DNA of 63,990 bases, filler included, from an uncultured Methanosarcinales archaeon (lineage in GTDB: Archaea; Nanobdellota; Nanobdellia; Woesearchaeales; UBA12501), in assembly GCA_964397315.1 (NCBI GenBank). It is 8 parts of 8 records of this genome, joined end to end, with 100 filler letters (N's around TTAATTAATTAA, not from the genome) between each part and the next. Parts side by side here need not be neighbours in the genome. Positions count along the whole stretch, not along the records: positions 37,016 to 44,770 come from CAYNHV010000043.1; positions 44,871 to 52,196 come from CAYNHV010000044.1; 6 more parts are not named here. One strand, written 5' to 3'. The translations under genes were made by a program, and so were the position numbers. Below the pieces are notes generated by a model. That model was not told where the DNA came from. It did not search any database and worked only from the letters and a program-made list of their open reading frames with translations. This document shows, one piece after another, positions 38,046 through 46,997 of this stretch (its first letter is position 1; the number at the start of each line of letters is the position of its first letter).

Positions 38046-39806
38046 ATGGGGGAAGAGGACCTGGAGCATAAATGCGGATTCACTTTTCTGGCTCTCAGAA
38101 AGCCACTGGAATATTATCCTCCCAACTTTATCAGGAACAAGCAATTCAAGATGCTGTTCAAAAGCAGGAACAGGGGCCAGGGGGCAGCGGGTTTAGTCAC
38201 TGTCAACCCCTATGTTCCCAGAGAGCTGGAGTACATGTTTATTGATAAGGAGATAGGGGAGGGGACATCCGAGAATCTTGTTGAAAAATTATTCTGCAAT
38301 CTCAGGCATGACCATCATGGCATTGTTTCTATTGGACATGTGAGGTATCCCACTCATGGTTCAAACACTCTGCACTACGCCCACCCCATAGAAAGACAGC
38401 ATGACAGGCCGACGAAAAGATTTGCTATTGTAGAAAACGGCAATCATACCAACACCTCTGAGCAGCAGCAGGAGGTTTTAAGCAAGGGATTCAGGCTCAC
38501 AAGCGATTCTGATATGCAGACAATAAAAACAACAATTGCTTTTGTTTTGAACAGGGAGCACGAACTGCTGAAGGAAAGGGAGCTTTCCAACGATGAAATC
38601 AGCAATACCATTGACTGGGTTGATATAATAAGCAAGGCCTCAGCATCCTGGGAAGGGGGTTATGTGCTTGCAGGGGTTCTTGGGAACGGGGACTCTTTTG
38701 TGGCTGTTGACCCATGCAATATCCGCCCCTGCTCATATTATGTTGATGATGATATCATAGTTGCTGCCTCTGAAACAAGAGCTATAACAAGCGCCTTCTC
38801 TCACATAAAGCCCAGACAGGTAGAGAATCTGGGAGGCGGAAAGATTCTTAGGGTGAGGAGGGACGGCTCCTTTGATGACACAAAAAACTTCACAGAGCAG
38901 AGAGATCCAGCCAACTGCCATTTTGAGCCACAATACTTTGCCAGGCCTGACAGCTATGTTTTTGGCATGTCAGTGTATGATTACAGGACTAACGGCATAG
39001 CAGAAAATCTGGCTCAGAGAATTTACGAGCAGATAGGAGAGTTTGACAAGGATTTTGTGATTGTCCCTGTCCCCAACACTTCAACGCCGATTGCAAAGGA
39101 GGTTTCAAAGTACCTGTCTGAGCTTGTTGGCTTTGACATCCCTTTTGAGATAGGCATAAACAAGGATGAAGCTGCAAGAGGGTTTATATCTGACGAGGAG
39201 AGCAGAAGAGATTTCATAGACCTTGCTTATGACCCTGTCCATTATGTTCTTGAGGGAAAGAAGGTTATTGTGATAGATGACAGCATTGTGAGGGGGACAA
39301 CATCAAAGGAGAAGATAGTTCCATCTATTGCTGAGGGAGGGGCAAGCGAGATATACCTTGTTTCAGCTGACGCGCCTGTGAAGTATCCCTGCTGTTATGG
39401 GATAGATATGTCTGAGATGAAGAAGTTCATATATTTTGAAGCAATGATAAACCTTATCGCTGATAATGACTATGACAGGGAGCTTGCAGACGCATACCAT
39501 CATGCAAAAGCGCAGAGGAAAAGCACAAGACCGGATAATGTTCTGCACGGCCTGTATAGCCTTTTCACAGAGGAGGAGTTATGCAATCAAATTGCTGAGA
39601 TGATAAGACCTGAGGGTTTTGACGGCAAGCTGAGGGTCTTGTACAACACTCCTGAAAACATCCAGGAAGCAGGCAGAAAGTGCCATCACACAACACCCCT
39701 CCTCACATGCTGTCTTGATGGTGATCACCCCTATGATGGCGGGATGAGAATCATAAACAACGCTTTCCTGAACTTTATGGATGGAATAGATGACAGAGCC
39801 TACTAA
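38046..39806 (+). CDS. purF: Amidophosphoribosyltransferase (long, bacterial-type PurF)
   Basis: Short propeptide then C-G, NRGQ, GHVRYPTHG, FEPQYFARPDS, VIDDSIVRGTT, YGIDM. Confidence 0.82.
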   Translation: MGEEDLEHKCGFTFLALRKPLEYYPPNFIRNKQFKMLFKSRNRGQGAAGLVTVNPYVPRELEYMFIDKEIGEGTSENLVEKLFCNLRHDHHGIVSIGHVRYPTHGSNTLHYAHPIERQHDRPTKRFAIVENGNHTNTSEQQQEVLSKGFRLTSDSDMQTIKTTIAFVLNREHELLKERELSNDEISNTIDWVDIISKASASWEGGYVLAGVLGNGDSFVAVDPCNIRPCSYYVDDDIIVAASETRAITSAFSHIKPRQVENLGGGKILRVRRDGSFDDTKNFTEQRDPANCHFEPQYFARPDSYVFGMSVYDYRTNGIAENLAQRIYEQIGEFDKDFVIVPVPNTSTPIAKEVSKYLSELVGFDIPFEIGINKDEAARGFISDEESRRDFIDLAYDPVHYVLEGKKVIVIDDSIVRGTTSKEKIVPSIAEGGASEIYLVSADAPVKYPCCYGIDMSEMKKFIYFEAMINLIADNDYDRELADAYHHAKAQRKSTRPDNVLHGLYSLFTEEELCNQIAEMIRPEGFDGKLRVLYNTPENIQEAGRKCHHTTPLLTCCLDGDHPYDGGMRIINNAFLNFMDGIDDRAY

Positions 39807-39914
39807 AAGCTTTCACTTCTCTAAAATACTCACAAATCTTTTAATATTACTATATATTCTTCATCCGTTAGTGGGGTGTATATTATTGGTATATAGCAAA
39901 AAAGAGGTATTTGT

Positions 39915-40787
39915 ATGGGGCTGTTCAGTTTCTTGAAAAAGAAAAAGCCGGAGGATAAGATTCCAACTCCGCCAAGCCCTCCAGAAGCAAAAGGGCCTGA
40001 AGCCCAGGGAAAAGAGGATGTTCTCAAGCCGTTAGGTTCTGAGGGCCAGGCACAGCCTCAACAGCCCCCCCAGCCCAAGGGGCCTTCACTATCATCAAAA
40101 TCACAAGAGCCATTATCATATGAGGAGATTCCAGCGCCAAGGCCTGCTGAGAGCATGAAAGAGCAGCAAGGCATGAAAGAACAGCCAAAGCAGCCTCAAA
40201 AGCCTTCTGAACAGCTGAAAGCTCCGAGGCAGGTTGATGATTTCGGCATTCCAATGAAAAAAGAGGAGTTTGAGCTTCCTGATGTGGAGATGCCAAAGTT
40301 CAAGTTCTCGGGCTCCAGAGAGGAGGAAGAGGTCAGCAAGGCCATAAAAGGCGCGGGAGAGGGAAAGGCAGAACCATCTGAAAAGCCCGCAGCAAAGCCA
40401 AAGAAAAAAGAGGAGATTCCTCACGAGCTTCCTGACATAGGAGAGGAAGGGGAAAAATCAGGATGGGAAGAATCCCCGGCTGAGGAAGAGTGGCAGCAGG
40501 TGGGGTCTGAAATGCCCGAGGGAGTGGAGGAGCCTGAGCTGAAGGAGATATCCAAGGCAAAAGGCCCTGTGTTCATGCGCTCAGACAATTTCATGTCAGT
40601 AAAGAAAGGCCTCAACAATGTTAAAGACAGCCTTAAGAACACGGACAACCTTTTCGCCAACATGACTGAGATGAAGAACAAAGAGGATGCTGACCTTAAA
40701 ACATGGCATTCCTCAGTTGAGGCCATGCTCAGGAAGATGGTTTATGTTGACAAGACACTGTTTGAAAAAAAAGAGGAAACCGGGTGA
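39915..40787 (+). CDS. Hypothetical P/E-rich protein
   Basis: MGLFSFLKKK start, disordered body, conserved-looking C-terminal helix VDKTLF. Confidence 0.7.
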   Translation: MGLFSFLKKKKPEDKIPTPPSPPEAKGPEAQGKEDVLKPLGSEGQAQPQQPPQPKGPSLSSKSQEPLSYEEIPAPRPAESMKEQQGMKEQPKQPQKPSEQLKAPRQVDDFGIPMKKEEFELPDVEMPKFKFSGSREEEEVSKAIKGAGEGKAEPSEKPAAKPKKKEEIPHELPDIGEEGEKSGWEESPAEEEWQQVGSEMPEGVEEPELKEISKAKGPVFMRSDNFMSVKKGLNNVKDSLKNTDNLFANMTEMKNKEDADLKTWHSSVEAMLRKMVYVDKTLFEKKEETG

Positions 40788-40792
40788 GACAA

Positions 40793-41017
40793 ATGGCAGA
40801 AAAACCGCTGTTCATAAAGCTTGATGAATTCAACGAGATAAGCGACATAATCAACATAATAAACGGCAAGGTTAATGAAGCAAAGGAAGCCATCTCAAGG
40901 ATTCACCAGCTCAAGCAGGAGGAAGAGGCAGAGCTTGACACTTGGTCAAAAGAGCTTGAGGAAGTTGAGAAGAAGATGGCTGCAGTGAACTCAAGCCTTC
41001 TGGCTGCGAGGGAGTGA
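40793..41017 (+). CDS. Hypothetical coiled-coil protein
   Basis: PLFIKLDEF motif, similar to the C-terminus of the upstream gene. Confidence 0.7.
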   Translation: MAEKPLFIKLDEFNEISDIINIINGKVNEAKEAISRIHQLKQEEEAELDTWSKELEEVEKKMAAVNSSLLAARE

Positions 41018-41021
41018 GCAA

Positions 41022-41444
41022 ATGAAAAACGAGGAAGTGTTTTACGTTCAGATACAGAATCCCACTGAATTCAGGCGTTCCCTGCTGGAAGCATCAAGAG
41101 ACATGCTGAGGGGGCTTCAGAAGTATGAGGATCTCAAGAAGATAAGGGCAAAGAAGGAAAAAGAGATCTCCCACCTGAAGAGTGTGATAAAGGAGATAAA
41201 CAATCTTGTCAATCAGGCAAAGAACAGCCTGCCCTCAGTCAGCGTAAAGGTTGCAGAGCAGGCCAAGCCCAAGAAAGAAAAGAAGACCAAGAAAGGAAAG
41301 AAGAAGGCTTCAAAAAAGAAATCCGGCAAGGCTGGAAAGAAAGAGACAGAGGCAGAACCCAAGAAAGAGGGCAAGCCAAAGGAAGTCAAGGAGCTTGAGA
41401 GCCAGCTCAAAGAAATTGAGGGAAAGCTCGCCAGCCTGCGCTGA
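41022..41444 (+). CDS. Hypothetical coiled-coil protein
   Basis: FYVQIQNP..RRSLLEAS; operonic with the two previous genes. Confidence 0.7.
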   Translation: MKNEEVFYVQIQNPTEFRRSLLEASRDMLRGLQKYEDLKKIRAKKEKEISHLKSVIKEINNLVNQAKNSLPSVSVKVAEQAKPKKEKKTKKGKKKASKKKSGKAGKKETEAEPKKEGKPKEVKELESQLKEIEGKLASLR

Positions 41445-41566
41445 TTCTTCGCAAGATTTTTAAAGAATTTGCATTGATTGTTAGTTGTTAGTCTGTTGGC
41501 GCGCATGGAGCGGGGTTTAGCTTTGCTAACCCCTCACTAATCTAGGTGTCAAGGGACGAAACCGTT

Positions 41567-41801
41567 GCGGGGGTTCCAGAGTGGTCAACTCAGGCCAGCA
41601 TGGCTGGCCTAAGACCAAATGGGTAGGCCTCAAGGGAAAGGGCTCATTGCTTTTTTGAGCAAGCCTATGGCTTAGACACGAGCGTAGCGAGTGTATGCTA
41701 CAACAGCTGCGCTGGTGGAGTAGTGCCTTCGAGGGTTCGAATAGTTGATGACAAGGTCAGCAACGACCGAGCGCATCAGCGCGAAAGTCCCTTCCCCCGC
41801 A
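41567..41801 (+). tRNA. tRNA-Leu(CAA) with four introns (41589-41618, 41635-41661, 41676-41723, 41742-41787)
   Basis: Five exons join into an 84-nt class II cloverleaf GCGGGGG TT CCAG AGTGGTCAA ATGG G TAGGC CTCAAGA GCCTA TGGCTTAGTGCCTTC GAGGG TTCGAAT CCCTT CCCCCGC A; BHB-type motif at each junction. Confidence 0.92.
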
Positions 41802-42058
41802 TTTCTTTTGTTCTCATGCAGGACAGAAACATTTAAATAATGAAATCCCGAACCAGCATTAAAATGCCAAAAAGTGATTCAGCGTGGCAATGACATGATT
41901 CTTTCTACTCAAAAGCATATTCAGAAGTGCATTGTTTCTCATGTCTTTTGGTGGCCTTGGGGCCTTTTCTGAGATCATAATCCAAAACCAGTTTCAAAAT
42001 TTTCTTCTTTTGCGCTCTTTAGAGCCAGGATTCATAAAACAACAGCGAGGTGCTGAAA

Positions 42059-42448
42059 ATGAGCTATGATAAAATCATGGAAGACATGATTGAAAAAGCA
42101 AAAAAGGATTCAGAGGGTCTGCTTGAGCTGGAGCTTAGGAAAGAGGACAGCAGCTCGGTATTCAGAGGCACTGCAAGATACCATGCAGGAGGGTATCCCA
42201 CTGTGGTTGATTTCAGGCTGGAATTTGAGGGCCACAGGGTTAGAGCTTACAGCGGCAGAAAGAAGAAGAGCAGGAAGGTCCTGAGAAACCTCCCTCTTCT
42301 CATGGAAGGGTATTCCATGGAGGAGGACATCCAGAGGGCTGAAACAGGCATGATGGCGGTCTATTCAAGGGATGGAAATGCGGGGCCAAGAACATCCCTC
42401 ACTTTCGGCCATTACCCCGGACTCTCTGACAAAGGCTGGGGAGTATAA
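42059..42448 (+). CDS. Hypothetical protein
   Basis: Intact ORF with upstream GAGGTG RBS. Confidence 0.5.
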   Translation: MSYDKIMEDMIEKAKKDSEGLLELELRKEDSSSVFRGTARYHAGGYPTVVDFRLEFEGHRVRAYSGRKKKSRKVLRNLPLLMEGYSMEEDIQRAETGMMAVYSRDGNAGPRTSLTFGHYPGLSDKGWGV

Positions 42449-42484
42449 CAACCTTTAAATAATCATCTCCAGTAGAGGAGGATT

Positions 42485-43612
42485 ATGGCAGGAGAGCATG
42501 GCGCTACAGTCACCCCCTGGGAGGTGAAGGGGGAGGTTGACTATAACAAGCTTGTAAAAGACTTCGGCACAGAGCTGATAGACGAGAGTCTCATGAAAAG
42601 GATAAAGAAGCACACCGGAGAGCTTCATTACCTTCTCCGCAGGGGGATATTCTTCTCCCACAGGGACATGAACTGGCTTCTTGACGAGTATGAGAAGAAC
42701 AACAGGTTCTTCCTCTACACAGGAAGGGCGCCCTCAGGCCACGTTCACCTGGGCCATCTTGTTCCCTGGTTTTTCACGAAATGGCTGCAGGACAAGTTCA
42801 ATGCTGAGCTGTGGTTTCAGTTCCCTGACGAGGAGAAATTCCTCTTCAAGGAGAACCTTACTCTGGCTGACACCGAGCAGTTCACAAGAGAGAACGCTTA
42901 CGACATTATCGCTCTCGGCTTTGACCCTGGGAAAACGCACTTTCTAGTGGACACAAAGCACGCGGGTGTGATGTACAGGGAGGCTGTAAAAGTAGCCAAG
43001 AAGATAACCTTCTCCACCACAAAAGCTGTCTTTGGCTTCAAGAACAGCACTAACATAGGCTCAATATTTTACACTGCAATGCAGGCGGTGCCCGCCTTCC
43101 TGCCCAGTGTTCTTGCAGGCAGGAACATCCCCTGCCTCATACCTCTTGCCATAGATCAGGACCCTCATTTCAGGGTTTCAAGGGATGTCATGCCCAAGCT
43201 GGGCTATTACAAGCCTGCTATAATCCACTCAAGATTCCTGCCAGGGCTTCAGGGGCCTGGGGGCAAGATGTCAGCCTCTGAGGCAGAGACCGCAGTCTAT
43301 ACCACAGACAGCCCAGAGACAGTAAGAAAGAAGATAATGAAATACGCTTTCTCAGGAGGAAGGGAGACAGTGGAAGAGCACAGGAAGAAGGGCGGTAATC
43401 CTGACATTGACGTGAGCTACCAGTGGCTCACATTCTTTGAGGAGAATGACAAGAAGCTGAAGAGGCTCTATGATGATTACAAGTCAGGGAATATGCTCAC
43501 AGGAGAGCTTAAAGAGATGCTTGTGGAGAAGATAAACTCATTCTTAAAAGAGCACCAGAATAAGAGGGAGAAGGCAAAGGACAGGTATGAGGACTTCCTT
43601 TACAGGCCTTAA
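42485..43612 (+). CDS. trpS: Tryptophanyl-tRNA synthetase (archaeal/eukaryotic type)
   Basis: VTPWEV, YTGRAPS, HLGH, AIDQDPHFR, KMSAS. Confidence 0.97.
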   Translation: MAGEHGATVTPWEVKGEVDYNKLVKDFGTELIDESLMKRIKKHTGELHYLLRRGIFFSHRDMNWLLDEYEKNNRFFLYTGRAPSGHVHLGHLVPWFFTKWLQDKFNAELWFQFPDEEKFLFKENLTLADTEQFTRENAYDIIALGFDPGKTHFLVDTKHAGVMYREAVKVAKKITFSTTKAVFGFKNSTNIGSIFYTAMQAVPAFLPSVLAGRNIPCLIPLAIDQDPHFRVSRDVMPKLGYYKPAIIHSRFLPGLQGPGGKMSASEAETAVYTTDSPETVRKKIMKYAFSGGRETVEEHRKKGGNPDIDVSYQWLTFFEENDKKLKRLYDDYKSGNMLTGELKEMLVEKINSFLKEHQNKREKAKDRYEDFLYRP

Positions 43613-43616
43613 TGTT

Positions 43617-43964
43617 TCAGAGCTTTTTCAGGGCGCTGTCAACTCTTGACGACCACTCATCTGTTATCCTCCTTACCTCATCTCTCAACGCCTGTTTTCC
43701 TCCTGACTGGTATACGAAAACATACCCTCCACTGTCCAGGTTGTTCTGCTTCCTGGATATAAGCCCTCTTGCGTGAAGCTTCTTCACAGCCCTCTGGACT
43801 GTGGTGAGGTTAAGGCCCAGCCTTTTTGCAATGGCACGGCTCTCAAACATATCTGCCGGATTATCAAGCATCAGCTTCAACACTCTCAGGTCTGCCTTAG
43901 TCAGGCTGAGGCTGCACTTTATCACCTCATCTGTGCTGATGCTCCTGCAGGCAAAGTCTATCAT
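43617..43964 (-). CDS. HTH transcriptional regulator (TrmB/MarR-like)
   Basis: IKCSLSLTK, LTTVQRAVKKL, GGYVFVY. Confidence 0.82.
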   Translation of the reverse strand: MIDFACRSISTDEVIKCSLSLTKADLRVLKLMLDNPADMFESRAIAKRLGLNLTTVQRAVKKLHARGLISRKQNNLDSGGYVFVYQSGGKQALRDEVRRITDEWSSRVDSALKKL

Positions 43965-43985
43965 TCTCCAGCCTTTAATTCACCC

Positions 43986-44312
43986 TCAACCCTGGAGTAT
44001 GCTGTCTATCTTCTCCCTGAGGGACTCTTTCTGGGCAGCCCCCACTATCCTGTCAACTTCCGAATTGCCCTTCAAAATCACAAGAGAGGGTATGCCCTGT
44101 ATGCCGAACCTGGACGCGAGCTCAGGCTCATCATCAACATTGACCTTGGCGAACTTCAGTTTTCCCTCATAATCATTGCTCAGCTCCTCAAACACAGGCC
44201 CCATCATCTTGCACGGCCCGCACCATTCCGCCCAGAAGTCTATTATTACAGGAAGCTCAGACTTCTCCACCTCGCTGCCGAAATTGTCCTTGTTAACTTC
44301 CACTACTGCCAT
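43986..44312 (-). CDS. trxA: Thioredoxin
   Basis: DFWAEWCGPCK, KVNVD, GIPSL. Confidence 0.96.
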   Translation of the reverse strand: MAVVEVNKDNFGSEVEKSELPVIIDFWAEWCGPCKMMGPVFEELSNDYEGKLKFAKVNVDDEPELASRFGIQGIPSLVILKGNSEVDRIVGAAQKESLREKIDSILQG

Positions 44313-44472
44313 TTTCCACCTCCGTTTGCTCACAGCACTTCTGAGAAACATCAGTATTATTTAAATCCTCCTGAGTACTGCGCAAAAGACCCTTGTGCGG
44401 GAAGTTTCGTGACCTGTGAGCAAAAATTATTTAAACAAAAAGCCATAATCAGGCAGCAAAAGAGGTGTTAAA

Positions 44473-44715
44473 ATGGCTTTCCTTAAGAAATTCCAGGCAG
44501 CGCCGCTGTCAAGCAGCTTTTTTCTTGTCAGCATATTAGGCATTCTCATATCCCTCTTCTATTGGGGCAGGATAGATCCCTCATGGAATTTTGCTTTTCT
44601 TGTGCTCTTCGCCTCCATGTTCATAGCATCGCTCATATCCATGAGAAGAGCCCCCATAGAGGCAGAGGTTGCTGTGGACCATCACGTGAAGAAGAAAAGG
44701 AAAAAGAAGAAATAA
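44473..44715 (+). CDS. Small membrane protein
   Basis: APLSSSFF...MFIASLISM, two TM helices. Confidence 0.7.
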   Translation: MAFLKKFQAAPLSSSFFLVSILGILISLFYWGRIDPSWNFAFLVLFASMFIASLISMRRAPIEAEVAVDHHVKKKRKKKK

Positions 44716-44770
44716 TTATTGAAAATGGCGCAAAGCCATTTTCCAGTGGGTTTAAAGAAAATCCCGACTC
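44716..44770 (+). repeat. Palindromic element family B, left part at contig end
   Basis: Identical to 28708-28761. Confidence 0.85.
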
Positions 44771-44870
44771 NNNNNNNNNNNNNNNNNNNNNNNNNNNNNN
44801 NNNNNNNNNNNNNNTTAATTAATTAANNNNNNNNNNNNNNNNNNNNNNNNNNNNNNNNNNNNNNNNNNNN

Positions 44871-44927
44871 CTAAGAAAATATGGAATATTTTCTGTTGTT
44901 GCAGTTTTCGGCTTTGTGGAAATAAGA
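44871..44927 (-). repeat. CCACAAAGCC-family element (copy 3) carrying a nested hairpin module
   Basis: 44899-44927 identical to 5973-6001; 44871-44898 matches module 29007-29034. Confidence 0.75.
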
Positions 44928-44948
44928 TAATATGGAAAGAGATGCGCT

Positions 44949-45728
44949 TTATTTCTCTGAGGATGAAGAGGGCTTTTGAGGCGCCCTGCCTTTCATTCTC
45001 TGTGTTATCCTTGAGAGCTCGTGGACGTTCTCCATGAATCCCGGAAGTATCTTCTGGAAGACCTTCTCAAGAGCCTTGATTTCAGTGCCAAGGTCAACAA
45101 TGCCCTTGTCATACTCTGATATCTTGCCGAGGACTCCCTCATGAAGCTTGTCAAAGCTGTTCTGCAGATCATCCATTTTCTGCTCAAGCTTGTCTATCCT
45201 TGACTCTGTATTGTCCTTCCACTCCACTATCTTGTTGACATTCTCCACCAGCTCCTGCCACTTCTCGTCTATTATTGCCTCTGCAATCTCATGGATTCTC
45301 CCCTCATCAACTCCTCCGCCTTGTGCTGAGCCTCCTGGAGGCGGCATCGGAGGGGGTCCCTGCTGGGATTCTTGAGAGCCTGCTCCCGGCGGCATTGGGG
45401 GAGGCCCTTGAGGGGCTCCCTGGCCTGATTGAGGGCTCTGGCTTTGCTGGTCTTGCTGTGACTGCGCTCCTGGCGGGTAATTTCCTGAAGATTCTTGCGG
45501 CATTTTTTCACCTCTTTGGCCTACGGCCCCTTCCTTGAGATTCGCCTGGTTCATTGCCTGGCTTATCAGGTCTGTATTGTATCCCTGCTTCTGAAGGGCC
45601 TCATAAATCTGGTTTGCGGTGAGCCCCTGATCCTTCAGAGATATCACCCTGTCTGTCGGGACATCTGAAGGGGCTGATTGTTGGGGGGCTGATGGTTTCT
45701 TTGCAAAAAGATCCTTTAAAAAGGCCAT
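44949..45728 (-). CDS. Conserved DPANN hypothetical protein (P/Q-rich linker plus coiled coil)
   Basis: EIAEAIIDEKW, TEIKALEKVFQKILP. Confidence 0.75.
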   Translation of the reverse strand: MAFLKDLFAKKPSAPQQSAPSDVPTDRVISLKDQGLTANQIYEALQKQGYNTDLISQAMNQANLKEGAVGQRGEKMPQESSGNYPPGAQSQQDQQSQSPQSGQGAPQGPPPMPPGAGSQESQQGPPPMPPPGGSAQGGGVDEGRIHEIAEAIIDEKWQELVENVNKIVEWKDNTESRIDKLEQKMDDLQNSFDKLHEGVLGKISEYDKGIVDLGTEIKALEKVFQKILPGFMENVHELSRITQRMKGRAPQKPSSSSEK

Positions 45729-45747
45729 TTTCTGATACCATTGTATT

Positions 45748-46257
45748 TTACTCTTTTAAATCTTTTGATTTTCCTGAGTCTGCAGCCATGCCCATTTCAG
45801 AGAGCTTTTCCTCAACAATCTTCTCTGCCTCATTCCTTGTGACAAAATTGACAGGCTCCCACATGTTTATGTATTTCTCAAGCACCTTTACCTCTTCTGT
45901 CTTTGCGCATTCCACGAGCTCCTTGACAATAAGCCTTACCTTGTCCCTGAGGTCTGTGAAATCCCTTCTTAATTCTGTGAGGTCTGACTTCACAACAGAT
46001 AGCTCTCTCTGGAATTCCTTGTTGGACCTGAGGACGTTCTGGTCAGTCAGCTGCGTGTTCTTTCGCAGATTGGTGTATCTCTCCTCAAGAATCCTCATTC
46101 TCCTGCTGATGTTGTTTATCTGATTGGAGAGGTCAGAGACAGCTGCAGTAGGGGCTTCTGACTCATGCTTTCCGAAGAGGGAGCCTCCGAAGCTGTGCTT
46201 CTTGTGGCCTTCTTCCTTGCTTCCCTTATCCTGGCTATCAGGAGGGCTGTCAGCCAT
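45748..46257 (-). CDS. Conserved DPANN hypothetical coiled-coil protein
   Basis: RRMRILEERY, VLEKYINMWEPVNFVT. Confidence 0.75.
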   Translation of the reverse strand: MADSPPDSQDKGSKEEGHKKHSFGGSLFGKHESEAPTAAVSDLSNQINNISRRMRILEERYTNLRKNTQLTDQNVLRSNKEFQRELSVVKSDLTELRRDFTDLRDKVRLIVKELVECAKTEEVKVLEKYINMWEPVNFVTRNEAEKIVEEKLSEMGMAADSGKSKDLKE

Positions 46258-46405
46258 TTAACACCTCTTTGATTTTGCTGTTCATTACATTGATCCTGTG
46301 ATTTTTATGTTTTACCGCTTATGTCGGCTTTTAAACAACATAAGTATATAAATTTATTTGCTCCTGCGCTTAGGTCCTGAAATTTCCTGTCATGAAAATA
46401 CTCTG

Positions 46406-46690
46406 TTATCTCCTTAGGAGCTTTTTTATGGAATCCTTCTCTTCTATCCTGTCCTTTCTTGAATGGTGGCTGAAACCAGCCACTATAAGCACAAAAAACA
46501 CGATTACCACAAGGAGTATTATAAGTGTTGAGGTGTATACAGGCAGCTGGCGGGGTGAGGAGGGGATGTTATCCAGTGCAAGACGTCCTGTAATCGGCTC
46601 TTTGATTGCTGCTGGCTGTGCAATAAGGAATACGAGAAGCAGCATTGCTGCAAGAGCTATTATTACCCAGGTAAAAGCGAATCGCCTCAT
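46406..46690 (-). CDS. Small membrane protein
   Basis: Two TM helices, ITG motif. Confidence 0.5.
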   Translation of the reverse strand: MRRFAFTWVIIALAAMLLLVFLIAQPAAIKEPITGRLALDNIPSSPRQLPVYTSTLIILLVVIVFFVLIVAGFSHHSRKDRIEEKDSIKKLLRR

Positions 46691-46997
46691 TTTTTAATAT
46701 CACTGTTTGATTGCTCTATTTATAATATTTTCTGTCACGCAGCAGCATGAGATACTGGAAAGCCCGGCTTTATATTATAAAATATTATAATATCTTATAA
46801 AAAACCATAAAATATATAAAATAATACCTCTTCCTGCCTCCTCAAGACCATGTGACTGTGGCCAGATTACTGTAACCCTTGGCTGCTGTTATACTGCTCT
46901 GCCATATAAGGGGCTAAAATATTAAGGATTAAAAAGAAAATTAATAAGATAAGATTAATAAAACAGCCCGCCAGAGCCTTTAGAGAGACGCAAAAAA

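Noticed and set aside
41676..41723. A fifth, nested intron inside the variable-loop intron
   Set aside because: Internal hairpins exist (GTAGC/GCTAC, CAGC/GCTG) but no second BHB was found; a single 48-nt intron explains the sequence.
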